A stretch of DNA of 64,000 nt from Anaerolineales bacterium (GCA_019637805.1 JAHBVB010000001.1:5262-69261), one strand, 5' to 3'. Positions 24,866 to 33,715 are shown, counted from the stretch's first letter. The notes: a model not told the origin generated them from the sequence alone. A program made the numbers and translations.

Positions 24866-26418
24866 TATTGCAAGTCCTCCACCCCATCCGAAGTGAAAAA
24901 GTTAAGCACCATACTGTTGACGATCCACTCCACCGGGGCGCGCTCGTCGGTCAGCACCAGGCCGCCAGTGGGCGTTTGCTGGCGATTGACCAGGGCGCGC
25001 TCGATCACAGTCAGCAGCAGCGGGTGCACGCCGGGTTCGCCGTGCAGACGGATGTAATTGGCCTGCAGGTCGTCGAAGCTGGTGGGCTGCACCGTGGCGT
25101 AGACGATGGAGTTGAAGCTGTTGGGCACGTCCATCACGTGCACGCTGGCGAAGACCTGGCTGAGCGTGGCGACCAGCGCGTCCACCAGACGGCGGTCGCT
25201 GGGTGTGCGGCCGACGTTGATGGTCAGCACCCCATGCTCGCTGAGCTTTTCGCGGCACAGGCTGAAGAATTCCACCGTGGTCAGGTGCGGCGGAATGTAG
25301 GGCGGGCGATAGGCGTCCACCTGGATCAGGTCATAGCTGTGGGGACTGTTGCGCAACCCCATGCGCCCGTCGGCGGCGATAGCGTTCAAGTTTGGCATGG
25401 TCATGCCAAACAGTTGGCGCCCCACCTCGATCAGCTTGGGGTCGATCTCAAACCCATCGATAGGCACCGGCCCGAAGACCTCGCTGGCCTGCAGGGCACT
25501 GGTGCCGGCCGCCAGCCCCACCACGGCGATGCGCCCCACCGCGTGCGGTTCAGCGTCTGGATTAAAGAACGGCGCCACCAAGAACTGCTCCCAGGTGCCG
25601 CGGAAATCCAACTGCTCCGGATTGTAGACCGAGTGCACACCCTGGCCTTCGTTCAGGCGCAGGTAGCGCGTGCCGTTGAACTCTAGCACTTGAATGTAGT
25701 TGTAGGCCGACTCGGCTTCGTAGACCTGTCCGGGCGTGTTCTTGAAGGCGCCCCCCGCCCAAATGGCGGACAAGGCGGCCAGCAGCAGCGGCAGCCAGAC
25801 CCAGCGGGCCGCCAAGCGCGCCCCGCCGGCCTGCCACAAGCCGGCCAGCGCCACTGCCATCAGGTAGAAACTGAAGATGAGGAAGGTGTAGGTGCTGCCC
25901 ACCAGCGGGATGACCACCAGCACCGGCAGGAAAGTGCCCACAAACGAGCCGATGGTGGAAATGGCGTACAGCCGCCCAGCCGTTTGGCCGGCCTGCTCTT
26001 TGTTGTCCAGCGAGAGCCGGATGGCAAAGGGCGAGACCATGCCCAGCAGGCTGATGGGCACTATAAACAAGATCAGCACCGAAGCAAAGGAGCCGGCCAG
26101 CACGCCCAGTTGCAGGTGGTCAAAGGCGTCGGCAGCCAGGCGTAGCACCGGGCGGGCGGCCAACGCCGCCAGACCCGAAGTGAAGGCGCCCCACAGGATG
26201 ATGCGATAGAACAGATCGAGGTGCGGGGCACGGTCGGCCCAGCGCCCGCCGATGAAGTAGCCGATGGTCAGATAGATCAACATCAGGCCGATAATGCTGG
26301 CCCACACCAGGTTGCTGGTGCCAAAGACATTACCCAGCAAGCGGGAGGCGGTGAATTCCACCGCCAGGGTGGTCATGCCGGCGGAGAAGACGCTAAAGGC
26401 CAGGAAGCGCGGGGACAT
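24865..26418 (-). CDS. Fused membrane (MFS-like) / spermidine-synthase-like methyltransferase-fold protein
   Basis: About 200-aa polytopic N-terminus, then a spermidine-synthase-like domain (IAVVGLAAGT, GFEIDPKLIEVGRQ, DLIQVDAY). Confidence 0.7.
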   Translation of the reverse strand: MSPRFLAFSVFSAGMTTLAVEFTASRLLGNVFGTSNLVWASIIGLMLIYLTIGYFIGGRWADRAPHLDLFYRIILWGAFTSGLAALAARPVLRLAADAFDHLQLGVLAGSFASVLILFIVPISLLGMVSPFAIRLSLDNKEQAGQTAGRLYAISTIGSFVGTFLPVLVVIPLVGSTYTFLIFSFYLMAVALAGLWQAGGARLAARWVWLPLLLAALSAIWAGGAFKNTPGQVYEAESAYNYIQVLEFNGTRYLRLNEGQGVHSVYNPEQLDFRGTWEQFLVAPFFNPDAEPHAVGRIAVVGLAAGTSALQASEVFGPVPIDGFEIDPKLIEVGRQLFGMTMPNLNAIAADGRMGLRNSPHSYDLIQVDAYRPPYIPPHLTTVEFFSLCREKLSEHGVLTINVGRTPSDRRLVDALVATLSQVFASVHVMDVPNSFNSIVYATVQPTSFDDLQANYIRLHGEPGVHPLLLTVIERALVNRQQTPTGGLVLTDERAPVEWIVNSMVLNFFTSDGVEDLQ

Positions 26419-26446
26419 AGGCGGGCATTATAGCCTGCCATGCCGT

Positions 26447-26944
26447 TCAGCCGTCGCGTTGGTAGAGGAACACCGTGAAGTCGATGTCGCCAGGCGATTG
26501 GCCAAAGTCTGTCAGCATGGCGGCGCACTCGCTGCGGTGCTGCATGCCGTGGTTGACCACGTGCCAGAGGCAATGCCACAGGGTGCGCTTCACAGTCCAG
26601 CCCTCATCGTCAAAGGTAATCGTCGCGGCCAGGTCGGTGTCTTTGAGGCCCTTGAGGTAGGCCCACATCTCGGCCTCGTCCTGCTCCCAGCGCGTCCGCA
26701 TTGAAGGCACATCAGGGAAATGCTCACCAACCAAAACATCAAATTTCGCCAGGCCCTGCTGGAATATGACCCGCCAGCCAAGCTCGCCGTCCACAATGTG
26801 AGCCAACGTGCCGCGCAGGCTGCCCCAACTGAACGAGGTCGGCTGGCGGAACTGCTCAATGGTCAGCTGCTCCGCCTTGGAGAGCAGTAGCTTGTTGGCC
26901 CAGTAGTTGTATTCGAAGATATCTCTGATGGCAGCCAGGTTCAT
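26447..26944 (-). CDS. DinB-family protein
   Basis: 165 aa. YNYWANKLLL at the N-terminus and a His triad context (LAHIV..., HVVNHGMQHRSE) typical of the DinB/YfiT four-helix bundle. GGAGG precedes the ATG. Confidence 0.75.
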   Translation of the reverse strand: MNLAAIRDIFEYNYWANKLLLSKAEQLTIEQFRQPTSFSWGSLRGTLAHIVDGELGWRVIFQQGLAKFDVLVGEHFPDVPSMRTRWEQDEAEMWAYLKGLKDTDLAATITFDDEGWTVKRTLWHCLWHVVNHGMQHRSECAAMLTDFGQSPGDIDFTVFLYQRDG

Positions 26945-27019
26945 ACGTCCTCCAATACGGGGGAATTATACGCTGGCAATATTTCACAAAGCGGCAGTTA
27001 TGATGGTTATAGGGATTAG

Positions 27020-27523
27020 ATGAACAAACCTGACTTTAGCGAGCTGGTGGAAGCGCACGGCCGCGAGTTGCACGCTTACCTGTGGCGGCTGCTGGGCGAC
27101 GAGGCCGAAGCGCAGGACTGCCTGCAAGACGCCTTTGTGCGCGCCCTGCGCGCCTACGGGAAAATACACGATACGCGTTTCTTGCGCGCCTGGCTGTACA
27201 AGATCGCCACCAATACCGCCCGCAGCCGCCAGGTGCAGGGCGCCCGTCGGGCCGCCCGTGAAACCGAATGGCTGGAGCCGCTGGCTGCCCCCGGGGGCGT
27301 GGAAGCGGCCGTGACCCAGCGCCACCAATTGGCGCAGCTGCGGCGCGCCGTGCGCAGCCTGCCGGCCCGCCAGCAAGCTGCTCTGATGCTGCGCAAATAC
27401 CAGGAACTGGACTACGCCGAAGTGGCCGCCGCGCTGGGCTGCAGCCAGGCCGCGGCCCGCGCCAACGTCTACCAGGCGCTCAAGAAACTGCGCCAATGGT
27501 TCAAGGAGAACGAACATGACTAA
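27020..27523 (+). CDS. ECF-type RNA polymerase sigma-70 factor
   Basis: Region 2 (ELHAYLWRLLGDEAEAQDCLQDAFVRA..FLRAWLYKIATN) and region 4 HTH (LPARQQAALMLRKYQELDYAEVAAALGCSQAAARANVYQALKKLR). Confidence 0.85.
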   Translation: MNKPDFSELVEAHGRELHAYLWRLLGDEAEAQDCLQDAFVRALRAYGKIHDTRFLRAWLYKIATNTARSRQVQGARRAARETEWLEPLAAPGGVEAAVTQRHQLAQLRRAVRSLPARQQAALMLRKYQELDYAEVAAALGCSQAAARANVYQALKKLRQWFKENEHD

Positions 27524-28172
27524 TCCCTACATCGACTGGGTTGAAGACGGCGCCAGCGCGCCGGATGGATTGAGCCAGGCACTGGACGGTCTGTACCAGG
27601 CCGGCCCGCCGCCCGCCGCGGCCCAGGCCGCCCTGCGCGCCTTGCAAAGCGCGCTGCAGCCCATCCACTATGACCGGCTGGAGGACAGCCCGCTGGGGCC
27701 GCTGTGGCTGGCCGTTGGCCCTCAAGGGCTGCTGGCCGTGGAATACGGCGGCACGGAAGCGGATCTGCTGGCGTATCTGCACAAAATCCGCCCGGGGCAA
27801 GCGGCCCAGCGTTCCGCGACCGCTCTGGCGGACATCAAAGACAAGCTCTCGGCCTACCTGGCGCAGGACAGCACACAGCTTTCACTGGATGTAGACCTCA
27901 GCGCGCTGACTGACTTCCAACAGCGTGTGCTGGAGGAGGCCCGCCGCGTGCCGCGCGGCCAGGTGACCACCTACAGCCAGATCGCCAAACGGCTGGGGAT
28001 GCCGAAGGCTGTGCGAGCCGTAGGACAAGCCCTGCGCCGCAACCCGATCCCGATCGTGGTGCCCTGCCACCGCGTGGTCGCCTCAGACGGCAGTCTGGGC
28101 GGCTACGGCGGGGAGATGAGCAGCCAGCGCAAGATCAAGCTGCTGCAGTTGGAGGGCGCCTGGCTGGCGTGA
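27516..28172 (+). CDS. ogt: Methylated-DNA--protein-cysteine methyltransferase with ~50-aa N-terminal extension
   Basis: Active site IPIVVPCHRVV, helix-turn-helix TYSQIAKRLGMPKAVRAVGQALRRNP. 8-nt overlap with the sigma-factor gene. Confidence 0.85.
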   Translation: MTNPYIDWVEDGASAPDGLSQALDGLYQAGPPPAAAQAALRALQSALQPIHYDRLEDSPLGPLWLAVGPQGLLAVEYGGTEADLLAYLHKIRPGQAAQRSATALADIKDKLSAYLAQDSTQLSLDVDLSALTDFQQRVLEEARRVPRGQVTTYSQIAKRLGMPKAVRAVGQALRRNPIPIVVPCHRVVASDGSLGGYGGEMSSQRKIKLLQLEGAWLA

Positions 28173-28226
28173 CCTGGCCGGCAGGTCGCACGTGGTTTCA
28201 GGTTTCTCCGAAGAGACGGTTGTACA

Positions 28227-28285
28227 GATTCTTCGCGGGTCAGGATCCGCGTCCCGGTGAAAGCTCGCCACCCGCTCAGAATGAC
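28227..28285 (-). repeat. Intergenic hairpin repeat GTCATTCTGAGC-[hairpin]-GAAGAATC (copy 2, inverted)
   Basis: The minus strand reads GTCATTCTGAGCGGGTGGCGAG...CCCGCGAAGAATC. The closing stem, read on the plus strand, is GCGGGT (28235-28240) pairing with ACCCGC (28270-28275). Shares both termini with 16215-16255. Confidence 0.6.
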
Positions 28286-28363
28286 ACAGAGTGCTGTAAG
28301 ATGACTGCACTTGGCCGAGTCCATACAGTATTCCGACCGCAGATTTTAGAATGAGGTAAACCC

Positions 28364-29311
28364 ATGCGCACTGCTCAAGGCATCCACCACATCACCGCCA
28401 TCGGTTCCGACCCACAACGCCTAGTCGATTTTTATACACAGACCCTCGGCCTGCGCCTGGTCAAGAAGACCGTCAACCAGGACGACGTCTCCGCTTACCA
28501 TCTCTTCTTCGGCGACCAAACCGGCGGGCCGGGCATGGACCTGACCTTCTTCACTTTCCCGCGGGTGGCCACTGGCAGCCGCGGCGCCGGCCAGGTGACC
28601 ACCACTTCGCTGGCGGTGCCCGCCGCCAGCCTGCCTTTCTGGCAGGCGCGCTTTGAGGCGCTGGGCGTGACGCAGGAGCCGCTGGGCAACCAGTTCGGCT
28701 GGGAGCGCCTGGTCTTCTATGACCCGGACAACCAGCAGTTGGAGCTGGTGGGCGTGGACGATTTGCCTGCCGACACATCCCAGGTCTGGACCACCAGCCA
28801 GGTCGGCGTGGAGCAGGCCATCCGTCATTTCCATTCCGCCCGCATGCTGGTCAACGACAAGAGTCTGATCGAACCGATCCTGATCCAATCCTTCGGCTAT
28901 GAACGGATGGCCGAAGAGGGCGATCTCAGCCTCTACGTGCAGCCAGGCGTGCAGCGCAGCGCCTATCTGGAACTGCAAGTGGACCCGGACGCCGGCCCCG
29001 GCCGCAACGCCTCCGGCACCGTGCATCACATCGCCTTCACCGCCGAAGATGACGGCGCGCAAAATGAACTGCGTGAGCAGGTGCGCCGCCTGGGCCTGCA
29101 GCCCACCGAAGTGATTGACCGCTACTATTTCAAGTCTGTGTATTTCCGCACCCCGGCTGGCGTGCTCTTCGAGATCGCCACGTCCGGCCCCGGCTTCACC
29201 GCCGACGAAGACGCCGCCACCTTGGGCGAGCGCCTGGCGCTGCCGCCTTTCCTGGAGCCGCACCGCGAGCAAATCGAAGCCGGGCTCACCCCCGTAACGG
29301 TCCAGCAGTAA
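28364..29311 (+). CDS. Ring-cleaving dioxygenase, VOC superfamily (MhqO-like)
   Basis: Two VOC modules. GIHHITAIGSDPQRLVDFYTQTLGLRLVKKTVNQDD..YHLFFGD and GTVHHIAFTAEDD...YFKSVYFRTPAGVLFEIAT. Confidence 0.8.
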   Translation: MRTAQGIHHITAIGSDPQRLVDFYTQTLGLRLVKKTVNQDDVSAYHLFFGDQTGGPGMDLTFFTFPRVATGSRGAGQVTTTSLAVPAASLPFWQARFEALGVTQEPLGNQFGWERLVFYDPDNQQLELVGVDDLPADTSQVWTTSQVGVEQAIRHFHSARMLVNDKSLIEPILIQSFGYERMAEEGDLSLYVQPGVQRSAYLELQVDPDAGPGRNASGTVHHIAFTAEDDGAQNELREQVRRLGLQPTEVIDRYYFKSVYFRTPAGVLFEIATSGPGFTADEDAATLGERLALPPFLEPHREQIEAGLTPVTVQQ

Positions 29312-29928
29312 TGGACGGCACCGCGCTGAATTACTTCACCCACGTGCACGTAGACAATGGGCGCTCACGCACCTTGTTCCTGTTGCACGGCACAGGCGGC
29401 AACGAGCGCGATCTGCTGCCGCTGGTGGAACCGCTGGCTGAGCAATACAACTTGGTTGGCCTGCGCGGCAACGTGCAAGAAGGCGGCATGCCGCGTTTCT
29501 TCGCCCGCCAGGCGATGGGCGTCTTCGACCAGGAAAGCATCCGCACCGAGACCGAAAAGCTGGCCGCCTTCCTGGCGGCCTGGAACCAGCAGCACGACCT
29601 CAACCCTGAGCAGGCTGCCTTTGTGGGCTACTCCAATGGGGCTAACATGATCCTGGCCACGCTGCTGCGCTACCCCAGCCTGCTGCGCCGGGCGGCCCTG
29701 CTGCACTGCATGTTGCCCTTCGACCCGCCGCAGGTGAATCTCAGCGGCGGGCGTTACCTGGTGACCCACGGCCTGCAAGACGGCATGATGCCGCCGGGCG
29801 CAGCCGCGGCGGTCATCGCTGCCCTGCAGGCGGCCGGCGCCACGGTGGAGGAGTTCTCGCATCCCGGCGGCCACGAGTTGACCCACGCCGAGCGCGAGGC
29901 GCTGCTGGCTTTCCTGAACGCGGGCTGA
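29311..29928 (+). CDS. Alpha/beta hydrolase, phospholipase/carboxylesterase family (MhqD-like)
   Basis: LFLLHGTGGNERDLL, nucleophile elbow VGYSNGANM, C-terminal GGHEL. The start overlaps the upstream stop (TAATG). Confidence 0.75.
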   Translation: MDGTALNYFTHVHVDNGRSRTLFLLHGTGGNERDLLPLVEPLAEQYNLVGLRGNVQEGGMPRFFARQAMGVFDQESIRTETEKLAAFLAAWNQQHDLNPEQAAFVGYSNGANMILATLLRYPSLLRRAALLHCMLPFDPPQVNLSGGRYLVTHGLQDGMMPPGAAAAVIAALQAAGATVEEFSHPGGHELTHAEREALLAFLNAG

Positions 29929-29978
29929 CCTGGCAAGGCGCAGCAACAGGCTGCGCCCCTGCTGGCGGCGCAGTCCAC

Positions 29979-29984
29979 TATAAT
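29979..29984 (+). promoter_or_regulatory. -10 hexamer TATAAT, 6 nt upstream of the alaS ATG (leaderless candidate)
   Basis: TATAAT at 29979-29984, spacer TGCGCC, ATG at 29991. No SD. The -35 is poor. Confidence 0.4.
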
Positions 29985-29990
29985 TGCGCC

Positions 29991-32723
29991 ATGCCAACAC
30001 CAACCACTGCCAACCAAATCCGGCAATCATTCATTGATTTCTTTATCAAGAAGTATGGGCACACCTTTGTGCCCTCCTCCTCCCTGGTGCCGGGCGGGGA
30101 TGCCACCCTGCTCTTCACCAATTCGGGCATGGTGCAGTTCAAAGATGTTTTCCTCGGCACCGACCAGCGGCCTTATGTACGCGCCGCCAATTCGCAGAAG
30201 TGCCTGCGCGTGGCCGGAAAGCACAACGATCTGGAAGATGTCGGCACAGACGACACGCACCACACCTTCTTTGAGATGCTGGGCAACTGGTCTTTTGGCG
30301 ACTATTACAAAAAAGAGGCCATTGCCTGGGCCTGGGAACTGCTGACCAAGGAGTGGGGCCTGCCGCCGGAGCAGCTTTACGCTTCGGTGTTCAAGGACGA
30401 CCAGGGCGACATCCCCACCGACGACGAGGCCGCCGAAGCCTGGCTGGCCCAGCCCGGCTTTGACCCAACGCATCTCATTTACCTGGGGCGCAAGGACAAC
30501 TTCTGGGAGATGGCCGACACCGGCCCCTGCGGCCCGAACAGCGAAATCCACATCGACCTTGGCCCAGCAAAGGGCGAACTGACCCAGACCGCAGCCGGCC
30601 AGGTGGACCTCGACGGGCCGCGCTTCGTGGAGCTGTGGAACCTGGTCTTCATCCAATACAACCGCAGCAGCGCCACTCAGCTGGATCCGCTACCCGCCAT
30701 GCATGTCGACACGGGCATGGGCCTGGAGCGCATCGTCTCGGTGCTGCAAGGCGTGGACTCCAACTATCGCACCGATTTATTCACGCCGATTATCGCCAAG
30801 CTGCAGCAGCTCACTGGCCACAGCGATGCCGAGCGCGACGCCAACTACACCCCCTACCGCGTCATCGCCGACCACAGCCGTGCGGCGGCCTTCCTGATCG
30901 CTGACGGCGTGGTGCCGGGCAATTTGGGCCGCAACTACGTGGCGCGCATGATCATCCGCCGCGCCGCCCGCTTTGGCGGCAAGCTCGGCCTGCAGGGGCC
31001 GTTCCTGGCCCCGCTGGCCGAGGCGATCATCGAGCAGTATGGCGAGGCATACCCGGAGTTGGAAAAGAACCGTAAGACCATCCTGGATAACCTGACCCGC
31101 GAAGAAGAGCGCTTTGCCCAGACGCTGGAAAGCGGCCTGGCCCATTTGGAAGAGCTGCTGGCCGGCCTCAAGGGCGAAAAGACCCTCTCCGGTGCGGCCG
31201 CCTTTGAGCTGTACGCCACCTACGGCCTGCCTTTCGAGATCACCCGCGACATCGTGCGCGAACGCGGCCTGGACGTAGACGAACCCGGGTTCCAGGACGC
31301 CATGGAAACCCACCGCCTGGCCTCCGGCGGCGGCCAGGCCATGGGCGCCTTGGGCGGCGAACAAGCCGGCGCCTACGCCGAGGTCCTCAAAGAATTGCAA
31401 GGCGCCGGCAAGCTGGGCAAAAGCGGCGTGGCTTACGACCCCTATGGGCCGCTGGAAGCGGAGGGCGAAGTGCTGGCGCTGATGCGCGACGGCCAGCCCG
31501 TGCCGCAAGCCGAGCCGGGCGACACGGTTGGTGTGCTGCTGCCCGCCACGCCCTTCTATGTGGCCTCCGGCGGCCAGATCAGCGACACCGGCATCATCGT
31601 CTCCGCCAACGGGGCGGGCTGGCGCATCCGCGTCAGCGACACGCAGCAACCCGCGGCTGGGGCGGTGGTGCACATTGGCCAGGTGCTGGAAGGCCGGCCC
31701 GCCGTGGGCGATGCCGCCCGGGCGAGCGTGGATCGCGTCCGCCGCCAGGACATCATGCGCAACCACACCGCCACCCACCTGCTGCACGCTGCCCTGCACC
31801 AGGTGCTGGGTGAACATGCTCGCCAGGCGGGTTCGCTGGTGGCCCCAGACCGGCTGCGCTTCGACTTCACCCATCCCCGGGCCCTGACCAAAGAAGAGCT
31901 GGCCGAAATTCAGGCCAAGGTCAACAATTGGGCGCTGGACAACTATCCGGTCGTGATCGAATACAAATCGCTGGATGAGGCCAAGGCCGAAGGCGCCATG
32001 GCCCTCTTTGGCGAGAAATACGGCGCCGAGGTGCGCACTGTGGCCATCGGTGAAGGCCAGCCCTTCTCCTACGAGCTGTGCGGCGGCACGCACCTCAGCC
32101 AAACCGGCGATGTGGGCCTGTTCCTGCTGACCAGCGAGGGCAGCGCAGCGGCCGGCATCCGCCGCATTGAGGCGGTCACTGGCCGGGCGGCGTATGCCCT
32201 GGCCGAAAAGCGCCACGCGGCGTTGAGCGCCGCGGCGCGCACGCTCAAGACCACGCCGGAAGAGCTGCCCGAAAAGGCGTTGGCGCTGCAGTCTGAGCTC
32301 AACCGCATGGACAAAGAAATTTCCGAGTACAAGGTGGCCCGCGCCCAGGAAGGCCTGCAAGACGTGTTGGCCAACGTGCCTGAGGTGGCAGGAGTGCCGC
32401 TGCTCACCGCGGTGGTGCCCGGCGCAGACGCTGAAGCCCTGCGCAGCCTGGCGGACCGCTTCCGCCAGCAGTACCCCAGTGGGGTGGCCCTGCTGGCTGG
32501 CCTGGCCGACGGCCGCGCCACGCTGATCGCGGCGATCACCAAGGACCTGGTGGGCCGCGGCCTGCACGCTGGCGAGCTGGTCAAACTGGCCGCCGCGCCG
32601 CTGGGCGGCAGCGGCGGCGGCAAGCCGGACCTGGCCCAGGCTGGCGGCGACGATAACGGAAAAATCACAGAAGCTTTAGGGCAGGCAGAATTCTGGTTGA
32701 AAGACAAACTGGCCGGCACGTAG
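29991..32723 (+). CDS. alaS: Alanine--tRNA ligase
   Basis: 910 aa. Class II core (FTNSGMVQFK, WNLVFIQYNR), editing-domain HTATHLLH and CGGTH, C-terminal DHHA1-like region. Confidence 0.95.
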   Translation: MPTPTTANQIRQSFIDFFIKKYGHTFVPSSSLVPGGDATLLFTNSGMVQFKDVFLGTDQRPYVRAANSQKCLRVAGKHNDLEDVGTDDTHHTFFEMLGNWSFGDYYKKEAIAWAWELLTKEWGLPPEQLYASVFKDDQGDIPTDDEAAEAWLAQPGFDPTHLIYLGRKDNFWEMADTGPCGPNSEIHIDLGPAKGELTQTAAGQVDLDGPRFVELWNLVFIQYNRSSATQLDPLPAMHVDTGMGLERIVSVLQGVDSNYRTDLFTPIIAKLQQLTGHSDAERDANYTPYRVIADHSRAAAFLIADGVVPGNLGRNYVARMIIRRAARFGGKLGLQGPFLAPLAEAIIEQYGEAYPELEKNRKTILDNLTREEERFAQTLESGLAHLEELLAGLKGEKTLSGAAAFELYATYGLPFEITRDIVRERGLDVDEPGFQDAMETHRLASGGGQAMGALGGEQAGAYAEVLKELQGAGKLGKSGVAYDPYGPLEAEGEVLALMRDGQPVPQAEPGDTVGVLLPATPFYVASGGQISDTGIIVSANGAGWRIRVSDTQQPAAGAVVHIGQVLEGRPAVGDAARASVDRVRRQDIMRNHTATHLLHAALHQVLGEHARQAGSLVAPDRLRFDFTHPRALTKEELAEIQAKVNNWALDNYPVVIEYKSLDEAKAEGAMALFGEKYGAEVRTVAIGEGQPFSYELCGGTHLSQTGDVGLFLLTSEGSAAAGIRRIEAVTGRAAYALAEKRHAALSAAARTLKTTPEELPEKALALQSELNRMDKEISEYKVARAQEGLQDVLANVPEVAGVPLLTAVVPGADAEALRSLADRFRQQYPSGVALLAGLADGRATLIAAITKDLVGRGLHAGELVKLAAAPLGGSGGGKPDLAQAGGDDNGKITEALGQAEFWLKDKLAGT

Positions 32724-32772
32724 CCCAGTTATCGTAGATATCACTACGTTGGTGAAGATAAGTTCAATAAAC

Positions 32773-32808
32773 AAAAACTGGGGCGGGAAAAATCCCGCCC
32801 CAGTTTTT
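32773..32808. terminator. Bidirectional Rho-independent terminator between alaS and the convergent small membrane-protein gene
   Basis: AAAAA-CTGGGGCGGGA (32778-32788) loop AAAA TCCCGCCCCAG (32793-32803)-TTTTT. A-run and T-run flank the stem. Confidence 0.85.
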
Positions 32809-32823
32809 GTTACTTCCGCGCAG

Positions 32824-33192
32824 CTAAATCAGCAGCGTCAAAGCAGTCAGCACTACGCCAGTAATGGCCGCTTTTAACTGCACACGTTGCGCTTGTTGTT
32901 TGACCTGCGCCAATTCACCAGCGTCTTCGATCTTTTCCAGCGTTTCGCCGATCTTGCGGGCATTCTGTGCGGCAAAACCCACGCAGGTTTGGTCCTTCCA
33001 CTGGAAGAAGCCTGAAGCGGCCCCGGCGAAGGGCATGAAGAGCAAGAGACGCCAGGTGGGATGTAGATCATTGGAGACGAACAGCCAGAGCAGGACCAGG
33101 GCGGCGATAAAGGCGAAGATGCCAAAGGTCAGGCGCTTGCGCCTCTCGGCGGTGTTGATGTTGGGGATACAAACTTCAGCTGAAGTGGTCAT
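32824..33192 (-). CDS. Hypothetical small membrane protein
   Basis: 122 aa with three hydrophobic segments. No motif recognised. A terminator lies downstream. Confidence 0.45.
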   Translation of the reverse strand: MTTSAEVCIPNINTAERRKRLTFGIFAFIAALVLLWLFVSNDLHPTWRLLLFMPFAGAASGFFQWKDQTCVGFAAQNARKIGETLEKIEDAGELAQVKQQAQRVQLKAAITGVVLTALTLLI

Positions 33193-33298
33193 AAAAGAAA
33201 CTCCTTTGCAGTGGAGCGATTTTATCCTGCAGGGTCAGCAATACCCCACATCCGTTTCGCTTTGTGCTCCTTGTGTCTTTGTGGTTAACTTGTCGGCG

Positions 33299-33715
33299 AT
33301 GAAGGTTTTAGCCGTAGACCCTGGAGAAGTGCGCATTGGGCTGGCGATCAGCGACCCCAGCGGCACGCTGGCGCGGCCCTTGCAGATCATCCAGCACATT
33401 GCCCGCGACAAGGACGCCGAGCGCGTGGCGGCCATCGCCGCAGAGCACGGCGTGGGACGCATCGTGGTCGGCCTGGCGCTCAATGAGCACGGCCGCCCCA
33501 CCCGCAGCGGGCGCAAAGCCGCCCGCATGGCGGAGCGGCTGCGCGGCCTGACCGGGCTGGATGTCGACCTAGTGGAGGAGAGCTTCACCACTCAGAAGGC
33601 GCTGCGCGTGCGCCAGGAGATGGAATTCAGCCGCAAGAAAAAACAAAGATCGGTGGACGCTGAAGCGGCCGCCGTCATTCTGCAAGAATACTTAGATGAA
33701 AGGCAGGCGGAATAG
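33299..33715 (+). CDS. ruvX: Holliday junction resolvase-like nuclease RuvX (YqgF)
   Basis: Start moved to ATG 33299 (MKVLAVDPGEVRIGLAISD). The YqgF family D-x-G...G.A signature is present. 138 aa. Confidence 0.85.
   Translation: MKVLAVDPGEVRIGLAISDPSGTLARPLQIIQHIARDKDAERVAAIAAEHGVGRIVVGLALNEHGRPTRSGRKAARMAERLRGLTGLDVDLVEESFTTQKALRVRQEMEFSRKKKQRSVDAEAAAVILQEYLDERQAE

Noticed and set aside
28170-28186. Hairpin GACCTG-GCCGG-CAGGTC overlapping the ogt stop codon as a terminator
   Set aside because: The stem is short (6-8 bp), there is no T-tract, and it overlaps coding sequence. That is insufficient to call.
30777-32567. 596-aa minus-strand ORF inside alaS
   Set aside because: It is antisense to a complete alanyl-tRNA synthetase and has the usual GC-rich shadow-ORF composition.
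32864-33298. 145-codon extension upstream of ruvX in the track ORF
   Set aside because: It is antisense to the small membrane-protein gene and Cys/Ser/Arg-rich. The RuvX family N-terminus (MKVLAVDPG) begins at ATG 33299.
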